64,000 nt of DNA from Prevotellaceae bacterium UBA4332 (GTDB taxonomy: Bacteria; Bacteroidota; Bacteroidia; Bacteroidales; Bacteroidaceae): assembly GCA_002394365.1 (NCBI GenBank), contig DGTQ01000017.1:188-64187 (forward strand), written 5' to 3'. Position numbers and translations under genes: made by a program. A model generated the notes under the pieces. That model was given only the letters and a program-made list of their open reading frames with translations, was not told the origin of the DNA and did no database searches. Below are positions 18,916-27,410 of this stretch, piece by piece. Numbering within the stretch: the first letter of the stretch is position 1; every line of letters starts with the position of its first letter.

Positions 18916-21900
18916 TTACTCCTCTCGCTGACCCGCAGCGTTAAACTGCTTGCCGTCCTTGATGATAACCAGTTTACCGTTCACAAAGACCTTCTTGCCC
19001 GAGTTCTGGTTAAGGTTAGCGTTAGCATTAACAGCCTCTATTGCCGTAGCATCGCTGAAGTCTGCATCAAGAGAGTTAGCTGATGCGCCTGGTGTCATGG
19101 TGATGCTCTTGATGGTCTGGCCGCCAGAGACGAAGTAGATGTAGTAGGTCTTGCCTGCAGTTACATTTGCAGTCATAGTGCCTGCAGAGCATGTTGCCTT
19201 TACGAGAGGTGAGCCTACTGCCGTGCCTATAGCCGAGGTGCGGTTGAGGTCAGAGGCATTGTTAGAGGCAAACTTCACGGTGAGCGTTCCGTTAGAGGTC
19301 GGAGTGTACTTGATGTGGCGGATGCTTGAAGAAGAAGCACCGTTGCAACGGAAACCGTTCTTGTTTACATAGTCCTTGGTGTATGTGGAGGATGTGTTGC
19401 CTACGAGCGTGAGGCCGTTGTAAGAATATGTATAGTTGCTTCCTGCGAGGGTGACGGTAGAGGTGAACTCGGAGAAGTTCCATGTAGTGGGGTCTTCTAC
19501 AACTGCCTTGCTCGCAAAACCGATAGCAAAGAGGTTGATTGAAGCACTCTTTGTCATGGTGTAGGTGCCTGCAGAGAGGGTCTTGGTGAGTGTGCCGTCT
19601 GAACCGAGGGTGAGTGCAGAGCCATTGAGTTTGAACTGCTTGCCTGCTGCTGAGGTTGAACCACCGAAGATGAAGGTTACGTCGGTCTCGGCAGAGAGCG
19701 TGAAGGTTATCTTGGTGGCTGACTCCATCTTGACGGCAGTCTTATAGGTTACGCCACCGTAGGTTACGCTGCCCTTAGAGGTAGAGTAATTACCAGAAAC
19801 TGTTACATAGCTTACGGAAGGCTTAGAGCCCGTGAAGGAGCAGACCTCACTACTAACATTAACGGGAACTTCTACTACTGGCTCCTCGACTACTGGCTCC
19901 TTAACTGTAACTGACTTAGAGGCTACTGAAGAGTTCTCCTTGCCTGATACCACAGCGAGTGCCTTGATGGTGCAGCTCTTTGTGATAGTGAGTGCAGAGC
20001 TGTACTTGGAACTGTTAGTGGTAGGGGTTGAGCCGTCAGTGGTGTAGTAGATGGTTGCGCCACTCTCTGAGGTGATTGTCACCGTATATTGTGTCTGGTC
20101 GCTATTAGCAGTAGCGGTGATAGTAGGAGTAGTAGCGTAAGGTGCGCCTGACACGCTCTTGCTCACTACGCTTGACTTGGTGTCTGTGGTGCCGAGTGTG
20201 GCATAGGCATATACCGTGCAACCTGCAGCATAGAGGGATGTGCCCTTGGTGTAGTTGCTGCCGTCAGTAGAATAGTAATATGTTGCGCCACTGTCAGAGC
20301 CCGAGAGGGTTACGGCATAGCCCTTACCTACTGTGTAGGAACCTACGGAGATGGTGGGGGCTGAAGCGGGAGTAACTACAGGCTCCTCTACTGTGGTCTG
20401 CTCGCCTGAAGATACTGCAGAATCGGTGATTACGCCGCTCTTGAAGTACATGCTTGATGTAACGCCTACGTAGTATGAACCGCTCTTGTAGTTCTCTACG
20501 GCACTCTTGAGGGCGGTGATAACTGCATAGTTGTCGTCCTCGGAGCTTGAGAACGTGTACTGATATGAGCCATGCTGCAAGCGGCCTGCGCCGTATGCGC
20601 CTTTAACGACTGAAGGCACATTGGATGCTGCATCGGCTGTATATGAATACATCAGCGATGAGTTGGTGTCGAAGTTGTTGTAGGTTGTGCCACCCTGTAT
20701 GGTCTTGTAAGAAGATGGTACGGTCTGAGAAGCGCTTGACACTACGTAGCAGTCGAAAGACTGGCTGGCTGTGTTGGTGATGGCTGATGCCTCAGCAACA
20801 CCAGAAGGATAGCCAGACTGAACGTAGAGTGACTTAGCACCCGTAATGTAGTTGCCGTAAGCCTTTATCATACCGCCATTCTCGCTCGAGAAGGTGCCGT
20901 CACCTGCTGCGTCAGAACCCTGCATGGATGCCATCATAGGGTACTTGCAGTTGCGGAAGTAGTTGCGGTCAACAAAACAGCTGGAGCCGTAGGTTGCACC
21001 GATGCCGTACTTGGAGTTGCCGTCGAAATAGTTGTTATACACGTGGACGGACATGGTACGGATGCGTGGATGGCGGGAGTCGGAGTGGTCGAACCAGTTG
21101 TGGTGGTAGGTGATGTAGTTTGGTCCGCTCTCGCTCTTCATGCCGCAGAGGCTGGACTTGCCTGAGTCCCAGAAATGGTTGTAGGAGATGGTGATGTACT
21201 GAGAGTTGCCCTTGAGGTCAACGGTGCCGTCGCCCTTCTTCTGGTCGGCATCTGAGCCTGCCTGACCGTAGAAGAGGTCGAGGTTGTGAACCCAGATGTG
21301 GGAGTTGCTGGTGTCCATAGAGACGCAGTCGTCGAGGCAATCCATGATGGCGAAGTTGCGGAGCTCGAGGTCGGTGGTATTGCGAATGAGGAAACCGAAG
21401 CCGTGAACCACTGCATCATTGCCCACGCCCTCGATGGTGATAGGACAGTCAGCGTATGCCGCAGCACCCTTTATCTGTATGCCCTCGGCACTTGAACTGA
21501 ACATATCCATGTCGGCGTATGAGAGAGTGCCGAGAATACGAACACAGAGGGGAGCAGTGGTCCAACCCTTGGAGTATGCCTTTGTCCAGGCGTTGATGAT
21601 GGTCTGCAGACCTGTGTATGAAGCTGTCTTGTTGGATGCTGAAGGCACGGTCATGGTGATGGTCTTAGCATTGCTCTTGGTGATGTAGAGAATGTTGGCA
21701 CCGCTCTTCAGTGTACCGTCATTCTTATATGCGCCAACGCCCTTTGACCAGTTGAGGTGAGCAAAGCCGCCACGGTCGTGAGCCTTCACGGTGAGGGCAC
21801 TGGAAACGGTGTTGGAGGTTTCGGAACCGCTGGAGTTTACCGAAGCCACCTTTATATAGTATGTGCCTGCGCTGATGCCCACTACGTCGGCACGCCCCTT

Positions 21901-22122
21901 GCTGGAGCCGTACTTGCGCACGAGCTGGTCGTCAATCTTGGTCCAGGAGGACTTGTTGGTAGAGTAATACACGTTGTAGTAAGCCGAACCGTCGGTGGAG
22001 AACTCCACGTATGCTGATTCGAACCACCCGCCAGAGGCTGTGATAGACACAGATGCGCTGGCAACTGTTGCGACGAGCGTCAAGAGCGCAACGAGCACTC
22101 CAGACATGATACCTTTTCTCAT
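18916..22122 (-). CDS. Multimodular secreted pectate lyase (FN3-like + PL1 + CHB_HEX-C-like + CBM77-like + T9SS-type tail), 1068 aa
   Basis: Paralogous PL1 domain to 14499-18638; GATIYYTTDGSTPT module; SGNYSTSKGSVTYGG...VKMESATKITF CBM77-like; KVFVNGKLVIIKDGKQFNAAGQ tail. Confidence 0.88.
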   Translation of the reverse strand: MRKGIMSGVLVALLTLVATVASASVSITASGGWFESAYVEFSTDGSAYYNVYYSTNKSSWTKIDDQLVRKYGSSKGRADVVGISAGTYYIKVASVNSSGSETSNTVSSALTVKAHDRGGFAHLNWSKGVGAYKNDGTLKSGANILYITKSNAKTITMTVPSASNKTASYTGLQTIINAWTKAYSKGWTTAPLCVRILGTLSYADMDMFSSSAEGIQIKGAAAYADCPITIEGVGNDAVVHGFGFLIRNTTDLELRNFAIMDCLDDCVSMDTSNSHIWVHNLDLFYGQAGSDADQKKGDGTVDLKGNSQYITISYNHFWDSGKSSLCGMKSESGPNYITYHHNWFDHSDSRHPRIRTMSVHVYNNYFDGNSKYGIGATYGSSCFVDRNYFRNCKYPMMASMQGSDAAGDGTFSSENGGMIKAYGNYITGAKSLYVQSGYPSGVAEASAITNTASQSFDCYVVSSASQTVPSSYKTIQGGTTYNNFDTNSSLMYSYTADAASNVPSVVKGAYGAGRLQHGSYQYTFSSSEDDNYAVITALKSAVENYKSGSYYVGVTSSMYFKSGVITDSAVSSGEQTTVEEPVVTPASAPTISVGSYTVGKGYAVTLSGSDSGATYYYSTDGSNYTKGTSLYAAGCTVYAYATLGTTDTKSSVVSKSVSGAPYATTPTITATANSDQTQYTVTITSESGATIYYTTDGSTPTTNSSKYSSALTITKSCTIKALAVVSGKENSSVASKSVTVKEPVVEEPVVEVPVNVSSEVCSFTGSKPSVSYVTVSGNYSTSKGSVTYGGVTYKTAVKMESATKITFTLSAETDVTFIFGGSTSAAGKQFKLNGSALTLGSDGTLTKTLSAGTYTMTKSASINLFAIGFASKAVVEDPTTWNFSEFTSTVTLAGSNYTYSYNGLTLVGNTSSTYTKDYVNKNGFRCNGASSSSIRHIKYTPTSNGTLTVKFASNNASDLNRTSAIGTAVGSPLVKATCSAGTMTANVTAGKTYYIYFVSGGQTIKSITMTPGASANSLDADFSDATAIEAVNANANLNQNSGKKVFVNGKLVIIKDGKQFNAAGQREE

Positions 22123-22381
22123 AATAAAGTCTTCTTTTGTAGTTAGTTAGTAAATATAAGATTTTTTAGTAGTAGTCATCTTTCTCGCTCCTTACGATGC
22201 TCAGGGGCACAGAGCGGAACTTTCGATTGTAAAATATAGCAGTGTTTTCCAGTCATCTACCCCGAAAGTAGATTGTCTAAGTTAGTAGATAATTAATAGC
22301 TTGGTTTAGTTAATTAGTCTGGTTGTTAGTCTCGGTTATATTTCGACTGTGCTCGCGCACAATTTCATCAAAAATACGGTA

Positions 22382-22413
22382 CAAAGTTACATAAAATAAA
22401 CAAAATCTCCAAA
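22382..22413 (-). promoter_or_regulatory. Bacteroidetes sigma-A promoter for the 1068-aa pectate lyase (about 250-nt leader)
   Basis: GTTTGGAGATT...TAACTTTG with 20-bp spacer. Confidence 0.8.
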
Positions 22414-22561
22414 CATACGTCAAGAAAAAAGCGTGTTATCGCACACAATTAACTAATTTTTAACGTTTGTTCAAGAAAAAACGAACAAAAAACTTTATTC
22501 TTAACTCTTTATACTTTATACTTTTTGGGGGTCACCAGTAAAACCCTGTGTTGATTTTTGA

Positions 22562-22815
22562 ACCACTGATTTCTTGGATTAATTCGGATTTCTATTTCTC
22601 GCCAAGCCGAGATGATGAGGGTTGCACCCTTGAGGCTTTTTCGATTATTCTCTTTTGCGCAAGCAAGCTTGCCCTAAACGAATATCTTCAAACCCTCGCC
22701 GACTATCGCCTGCTCATCATCTCTACGACCTCCGAGCTCTGCTCGCCTGAGCACCTACGGAGCGCAAGAAAGAGCCAAGACGCTCCTTCGGAGCTTACGC
22801 AAAGTGACCATGCGG
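22562..22815 (+). repeat. Structured interspersed element family E, copy E1 (core 22609-22723), with nested REP-like insertion
   Basis: TTCTCGCCAAG left flank; GAGATGATGAG/CTCATCATCTC closing stem; central GCAAGC-AA-GCTTGC; right flank AGAGCCAAGACGCTCCTTCGGAGCTTACGC. Confidence 0.8.
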
Positions 22816-22959
22816 TACAACGACTTTTTATATCAAGCGTCAGCCCTTAGCGTATCAGTCGCAGACTGCGCCTTTCTTGCGCTCCGTAGGTGCTCAGGCG
22901 TTTCTGCTCCCCGATAACGGGGAGACCGAGAGGGGTGTAAAGACTATTGACAAGCTCGG

Positions 22960-23108
22960 AGGTCCCTTCGCGTAACTAAGAATAACTGGTGCAAACAGTA
23001 GGGATGTAGGTTTGACATTAGCTGAAAGCTTGCTTTCAGGCGAATGGATGAAGCTACAGACCGTTGCTCTCGAAGAGAGTTGTTCTTAGTGTCTTTGCGA
23101 GAAAAAAA
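22960..23108 (-). repeat. Family E, diverged copy E5 (core 22975-23090)
   Basis: GCGTA-ACTAAGAATAACT...AGTTGTTCTTAGT-GTCTTTGCGAGAAAA; central CTGAAAGC-TT-GCTTTCAG. Confidence 0.65.
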
Positions 23109-23244
23109 TGTAAGACACAGGAATTTGCAGGTGAGCCCTTTTTTTTGTAACTTTGCCTCTTGAGAGTCAAGTTACTTTCACTCGGCATAAAAAATAAATA
23201 AATTTATTTTGTTCTGCGCTCGTTTATTCGTAACTTTGCACTCC

Positions 23245-23565
23245 ATGAAGGTCATACACATATCACACCTCCCGCTGATGAAAAACTACTATGCCATAAA
23301 CCTCTTCGGCATAGTATTCTCTCGTGAGCCCCTCTCCGAGGAGGAGAAACGCCACGAATACATCCACACCCTGCAACAAAGGGAGATGTTCTTCATATTC
23401 TTTTATATATGGTACGCGATAGAATGGCTCGTGAAACTTGCAAAATACCGCAATCGCTATCTTGCCTACCGCAACCTGTCATTTGAAAAAGAGGCATACC
23501 GCCACCAGACGGATGCCTCATATCCCAAGTTACGCAAACACTTTGCGTGGAAGAACTATCTATAA
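23245..23565 (+). CDS. Small Bacteroidetes protein with HExxH zinc-metallopeptidase-like motif
   Basis: AINLFGIVF, RHEYIHTLQQREM, YIWYAIEW, AYRNLSFEKEAY motifs; start reassigned to ATG 23245 just downstream of TAACTTTG. Confidence 0.75.
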   Translation: MKVIHISHLPLMKNYYAINLFGIVFSREPLSEEEKRHEYIHTLQQREMFFIFFYIWYAIEWLVKLAKYRNRYLAYRNLSFEKEAYRHQTDASYPKLRKHFAWKNYL

Positions 23566-23584
23566 CCTCTTTTTAGGTCTTCAG

Positions 23585-23765
23585 GTATCAGGTCGCTGCG
23601 CTCTCAGGTTTTAAGGAGGAGTTAGAAGAAGTCAGAAGGAGTTAAAGGGAGTTAGAAGACATTACAATTAGCAGGCAGAAAGTCAAAGCCATGTGTCCTC
23701 TATCTCCCTCTATCTACTTCTAACTCCTTAATCCTTATAACACCTTATAACCTCAAACCTTACAA
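23585..23765 (-). repeat. Interspersed repeat family B; homologous copy at about 36425-36585(+)
   Basis: Shared GGATTAAGGAGTTAGAAGTAGATAGAGG...GTAATGTCTTCT...CCTGAGAGCG(C/A)AGCGAC. Confidence 0.75.
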
Positions 23766-23775
23766 CCTCACAACC

Positions 23776-25050
23776 TTACAACCCCATAGCCTGCTCAAGG
23801 TCGGCTATGATGTCGTCAACATTCTCTATGCCAACGGAGAGGCGAATAAGGTCGGGAGCCACGCCTGCCTCACGCAACTGCTCGTCGGAGAGCTGACGGT
23901 GGGTGTGGCTGGCAGGATGAAGCACGCAGGTGCGGGCATCGGCAACATGGGTAACGATGCTGATGAACTCCAGGTTATCCATAAACCTGATAGCATCCTC
24001 GCGAGTGCCCTTCAGTCCGAATGCTATAACACCGCATGAACCATTTGGCAGATACTTCTGCGCCAAGGCGTGATACTTGTTTGATGGCAGACCGCAATAG
24101 TTAACCCAAGCCACCTTAGGATTCTTCTCCAGCCATTCAGCCACTGCCTGGGCATTGGCGCAGTGCTGCTTCATGCGCAGGGCAAGTGTCTCCAGTCCAA
24201 GATTGAGCAGGAAGGAATTCTGCGGGGCTGGTATGCTGCCGAGGTCGCGCATCAACTGTGCCACAAGTTTTGTAGTGTAACCCAGTTTGCCAAATGCCTT
24301 GGTGTATGTCAGTCCGTGGTAAGACTCGTCGGGCGTAGTAAGACCAGGGAACTTCTCGCTGTTCTTGTCCCAGTCGAAATTTCCCGAGTCAACTATGCAA
24401 CCGCCAACCTGAGTAGCATGACCATCCATGTATTTTGTCGTTGAATGTGTTACGATGTCGCACCCCCACTCAAAGGGACGGCAGTTGATAGGCGTAGCGA
24501 AGGTATTATCAACAATCAGCGGCACACCATGCTTATGAGCCATCTTGGCAAAGCGCTCTATGTCGAAGACGTTGCCACCAGGGTTAGATATCGTCTCGCC
24601 AAAGAAACACTTGGTGTTCTCCTTGAAACAAGCCTCTATCTTTTCGTCGTCCCATTCTGGGTCAACGAATGTACACTCTATGCCGAGTTTCTTCATCGTC
24701 ACACCAAAAAGGTTGTACGTGCCGCCATAGATGGTGTTGGAGGTGATGAAATGGTCGCCTGCCTGACAGATGTTGAACACAGCATAGAAGTTTGCTGCCT
24801 GCCCCGAACTGGTGAGCATAGCCCCCACTCCACCCTCAAGCGCGCAGATTTTCTTGGCTACGGCATCGTTAGTGGGGTTAGCGAGACGGGTGTAGAAATA
24901 GCCCTCATCCTTGAGGTCGAACAGACGTGCCATCTGCTCGGATGTGTCATATTTGAAAGTTGTCGACTGATAAATGGGCAACTGCTGTGGTTGGCCTTTG
25001 GTTGGCTTATAGCCACCATGTATGCAAATAGTCTCTAAGTTCTTTTTCAT
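23776..25050 (-). CDS. metY: O-acetylhomoserine aminocarboxypropyltransferase / cysteine synthase family (PLP)
   Basis: PIYQSTTF, YTRLANPT, SSGQAA, IVDNTFATP, HSTTKY (PLP lysine), HPASHTHRQL, IRLSVGIE. Confidence 0.9.
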   Translation of the reverse strand: MKKNLETICIHGGYKPTKGQPQQLPIYQSTTFKYDTSEQMARLFDLKDEGYFYTRLANPTNDAVAKKICALEGGVGAMLTSSGQAANFYAVFNICQAGDHFITSNTIYGGTYNLFGVTMKKLGIECTFVDPEWDDEKIEACFKENTKCFFGETISNPGGNVFDIERFAKMAHKHGVPLIVDNTFATPINCRPFEWGCDIVTHSTTKYMDGHATQVGGCIVDSGNFDWDKNSEKFPGLTTPDESYHGLTYTKAFGKLGYTTKLVAQLMRDLGSIPAPQNSFLLNLGLETLALRMKQHCANAQAVAEWLEKNPKVAWVNYCGLPSNKYHALAQKYLPNGSCGVIAFGLKGTREDAIRFMDNLEFISIVTHVADARTCVLHPASHTHRQLSDEQLREAGVAPDLIRLSVGIENVDDIIADLEQAMGL

Positions 25051-25133
25051 TTATTTATTCTTTTCCCTCTACTTTATACCTTATACTTTATACCTTATAC
25101 CTTATACTTTATACTTTATAAAATAAAACCGCC

Positions 25134-27320
25134 CTACCTCATGAACAGCATCTCGCGATACTTAGGCAGAGTCCATACCTCGTCGTCCACCTTTGCCTCG
25201 AGCTTGTCTATGTGGTAACGTATCTCCTCCATCAGTGGCTCTACGGTGTCGTGGTAGGCTATAGCCTTCTCGCGCTGCGACTCTATCTTGTTTGCCACCT
25301 TGCGTGCCTCGGTGAGGGCTGAGCAGCCTTCCTCTATATGGCGTACCCTGTCGCCAATCTCAGATATCAAGGCGAGGTTAGAAGCACACAGCGTCTTAAA
25401 CTCCTCTGCGGAGAGGATAGACTTCATGGCTGCCACGTTCTCGGCGAGCTTCGTCTGGTAAGCCACTACCTGCGGAATGATGTGGTTGATGGAGAGGTCG
25501 CCGAAGATGCGCGCCTCTATCTGCACCTTCTTGGTGTAGGTTTCCCATTTTATCTCGTTGCGTGCCTCAAGCTCCTTGCGCGTCATGACATGGAGAGATT
25601 CAAACATCTGGATGCTGGACTCGTCGAGGTAGCGGTCGAAGATAAGCGGACAAGAGGTCTCCACGTCCAGTCCACGTCTTGCTGCCTCTTCCTTCCACTC
25701 GTCGCTGTAGCCATTGCCGTCGAAGCGTATGTCCTTACAGGTCTTGATGTCCTCACGCAGTGTGGCTATGATGGCTGCCGTAGTGTCCTTGCCCTCAGCT
25801 ATACGGGCATCAACACGCTTCTTGAAACTTACCAGAGCCTCAGCAACAGAAGAATTGAGGGCTATCATGGCGCTGGCGCAGTTAGCCTCACTGCCTGGTG
25901 CACGGAACTCGAAGCGGTTACCCGTAAAGGCGAATGGCGACGTACGGTTGCGGTCGGTATTGTCAATAAGCAGTTCGGGAATAGAAGGTATGTCGAGTTT
26001 CAAGCCTGCCTTACCCTTGATGGCAATAGTGTCGTCGGTTGAGTTCTCCAGATGGTCGAGCACCTCGGTGAGCTGACGACCGAGGAAGGAGCTTACGATG
26101 ACTGGCGGTGCCTCGTGACCGCCAAGGCGGTGGGCATTGCTGGCAGACATGATGCTTGCCTTCAGCAAGCCGTTGTGCTTATAGACACCCATCAATGTCT
26201 CGACCACGAAGGTGACGAAGCGCAGGTTGCTCAGTTCATCCTTTCCTGGACCATGAAGCAGGATGCCCGTATCTGTGGCAAGCGACCAGTTGTTGTGCTT
26301 ACCACTGCCGTTTACGCCGTCAAAGGGCTTCTCATGCAACAGGCAACGGAAACCGTGCTTGCGAGCCACCTTCTTCATGAGCGACATGATGAGCATGTTG
26401 TGGTCTATGGCAAGATTCATCTCTTCATAGATAGGAGCAAGCTCAAACTGGTTTGGTGCCACCTCGTTGTGGCGCGTCTTGCAGGGTATGCCCAGTTCAA
26501 GCGCCTGTATCTCAAGGTCTTTCATGAAGGCAGCGACACGCTCTGGTATAGCACCAAAATAGTGGTCGTCCATCTGCTGGTCCTTGGCTGACGAGTGTCC
26601 CATGAGCGTTCTGCCTGTCAAGAGCAGGTCGGGGCGGGCTGAATACAAGCCTTCGTCAATGAGGAAGTACTCCTGCTCCCACCCGAGGTTGGAGATAACC
26701 TTCTTCACCTCAGGGTTAAAGTAATGAACCACTGCCGTTGCGGCCTCGTTGACAGCACGAAGCGACTTTAGCAGTGGGGTTTTATAGTCGAGTGCCTCAC
26801 CTGTGTAAGAGATGAACACCGTAGGTATCATCAGCGTGTCGCCAATGACGAAGACAGGGCTTGTAGGATCCCACGCCGAGTAGCCGCGAGCCTCAAAGGT
26901 GGAGCGTATGCCACCAGAAGGGAAGCTGGAAGCGTCTGGCTCCTGCTGAACGAGAGACTTGCCAGAGAATTTCTCTACCATGCCGCCCTTGCCGTCGTGC
27001 TCTACGAAGGCATCGTGCTTCTCTGCTGTAGTGTCGGTGAGGGGTTGAAACCAGTGGGTACAGTGAGTGACACCCAGCTCCATAGCCCACTTCTTCATTG
27101 CCTCGGCAACGATGTCAGCGGTTTCACGGTCGAGCGGCACGCCATTGTCTATCACGTCCATCATCTTTTCATACGTCTCCCTTGGCAGATATTTCTGCAT
27201 CTTCGCCTTGTTAAACACGTATTTGGCGAAAAACTCTGAAGGGCGCTCTTTTGGTGAAGGCACTTCCAAAGCATGCTTGCGGAAAGCCTCTTTCACCATC
27301 TGAAATCTCAATCTTGCCAC
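25134..27320 (-). CDS. glnA: Glutamine synthetase type III
   Basis: 728 aa; THWFQPLT..TAEKHDAF, QQEPDASSFPSGG, GWEQEYFL, HEKPF.GVNGSGKHNNWS, DRNRTSPFAFTGNRFEFRA. Confidence 0.96.
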   Translation of the reverse strand: MARLRFQMVKEAFRKHALEVPSPKERPSEFFAKYVFNKAKMQKYLPRETYEKMMDVIDNGVPLDRETADIVAEAMKKWAMELGVTHCTHWFQPLTDTTAEKHDAFVEHDGKGGMVEKFSGKSLVQQEPDASSFPSGGIRSTFEARGYSAWDPTSPVFVIGDTLMIPTVFISYTGEALDYKTPLLKSLRAVNEAATAVVHYFNPEVKKVISNLGWEQEYFLIDEGLYSARPDLLLTGRTLMGHSSAKDQQMDDHYFGAIPERVAAFMKDLEIQALELGIPCKTRHNEVAPNQFELAPIYEEMNLAIDHNMLIMSLMKKVARKHGFRCLLHEKPFDGVNGSGKHNNWSLATDTGILLHGPGKDELSNLRFVTFVVETLMGVYKHNGLLKASIMSASNAHRLGGHEAPPVIVSSFLGRQLTEVLDHLENSTDDTIAIKGKAGLKLDIPSIPELLIDNTDRNRTSPFAFTGNRFEFRAPGSEANCASAMIALNSSVAEALVSFKKRVDARIAEGKDTTAAIIATLREDIKTCKDIRFDGNGYSDEWKEEAARRGLDVETSCPLIFDRYLDESSIQMFESLHVMTRKELEARNEIKWETYTKKVQIEARIFGDLSINHIIPQVVAYQTKLAENVAAMKSILSAEEFKTLCASNLALISEIGDRVRHIEEGCSALTEARKVANKIESQREKAIAYHDTVEPLMEEIRYHIDKLEAKVDDEVWTLPKYREMLFMR

Positions 27321-27410
27321 TGTCTTATAATGTATTAAAAGTTAAAAATCATGATTTTGTCTGCAAAGGTAAGAAAAAAAGTTGATATTTCGGTAAGGCT
27401 CGCGGAAAAA

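Noticed and set aside
14499-22122. Diversity-generating retroelement (TR/VR) explaining near-identical tracts
   Set aside because: No reverse transcriptase, differences are not adenine-specific, and both tracts lie in conserved catalytic regions.
22609-22723. Family E cores as 5S rRNA copies (115-117 nt with a terminal helix)
   Set aside because: No 5S conserved sequence (e.g. CCGAAC loop, GATGGTA..GGGAGAGTA), and interiors differ between copies.
25051-25133. SAM or other riboswitch upstream of metY
   Set aside because: The 83-bp spacer is mostly CTT(T)ATA heptamers with no aptamer-like structure.
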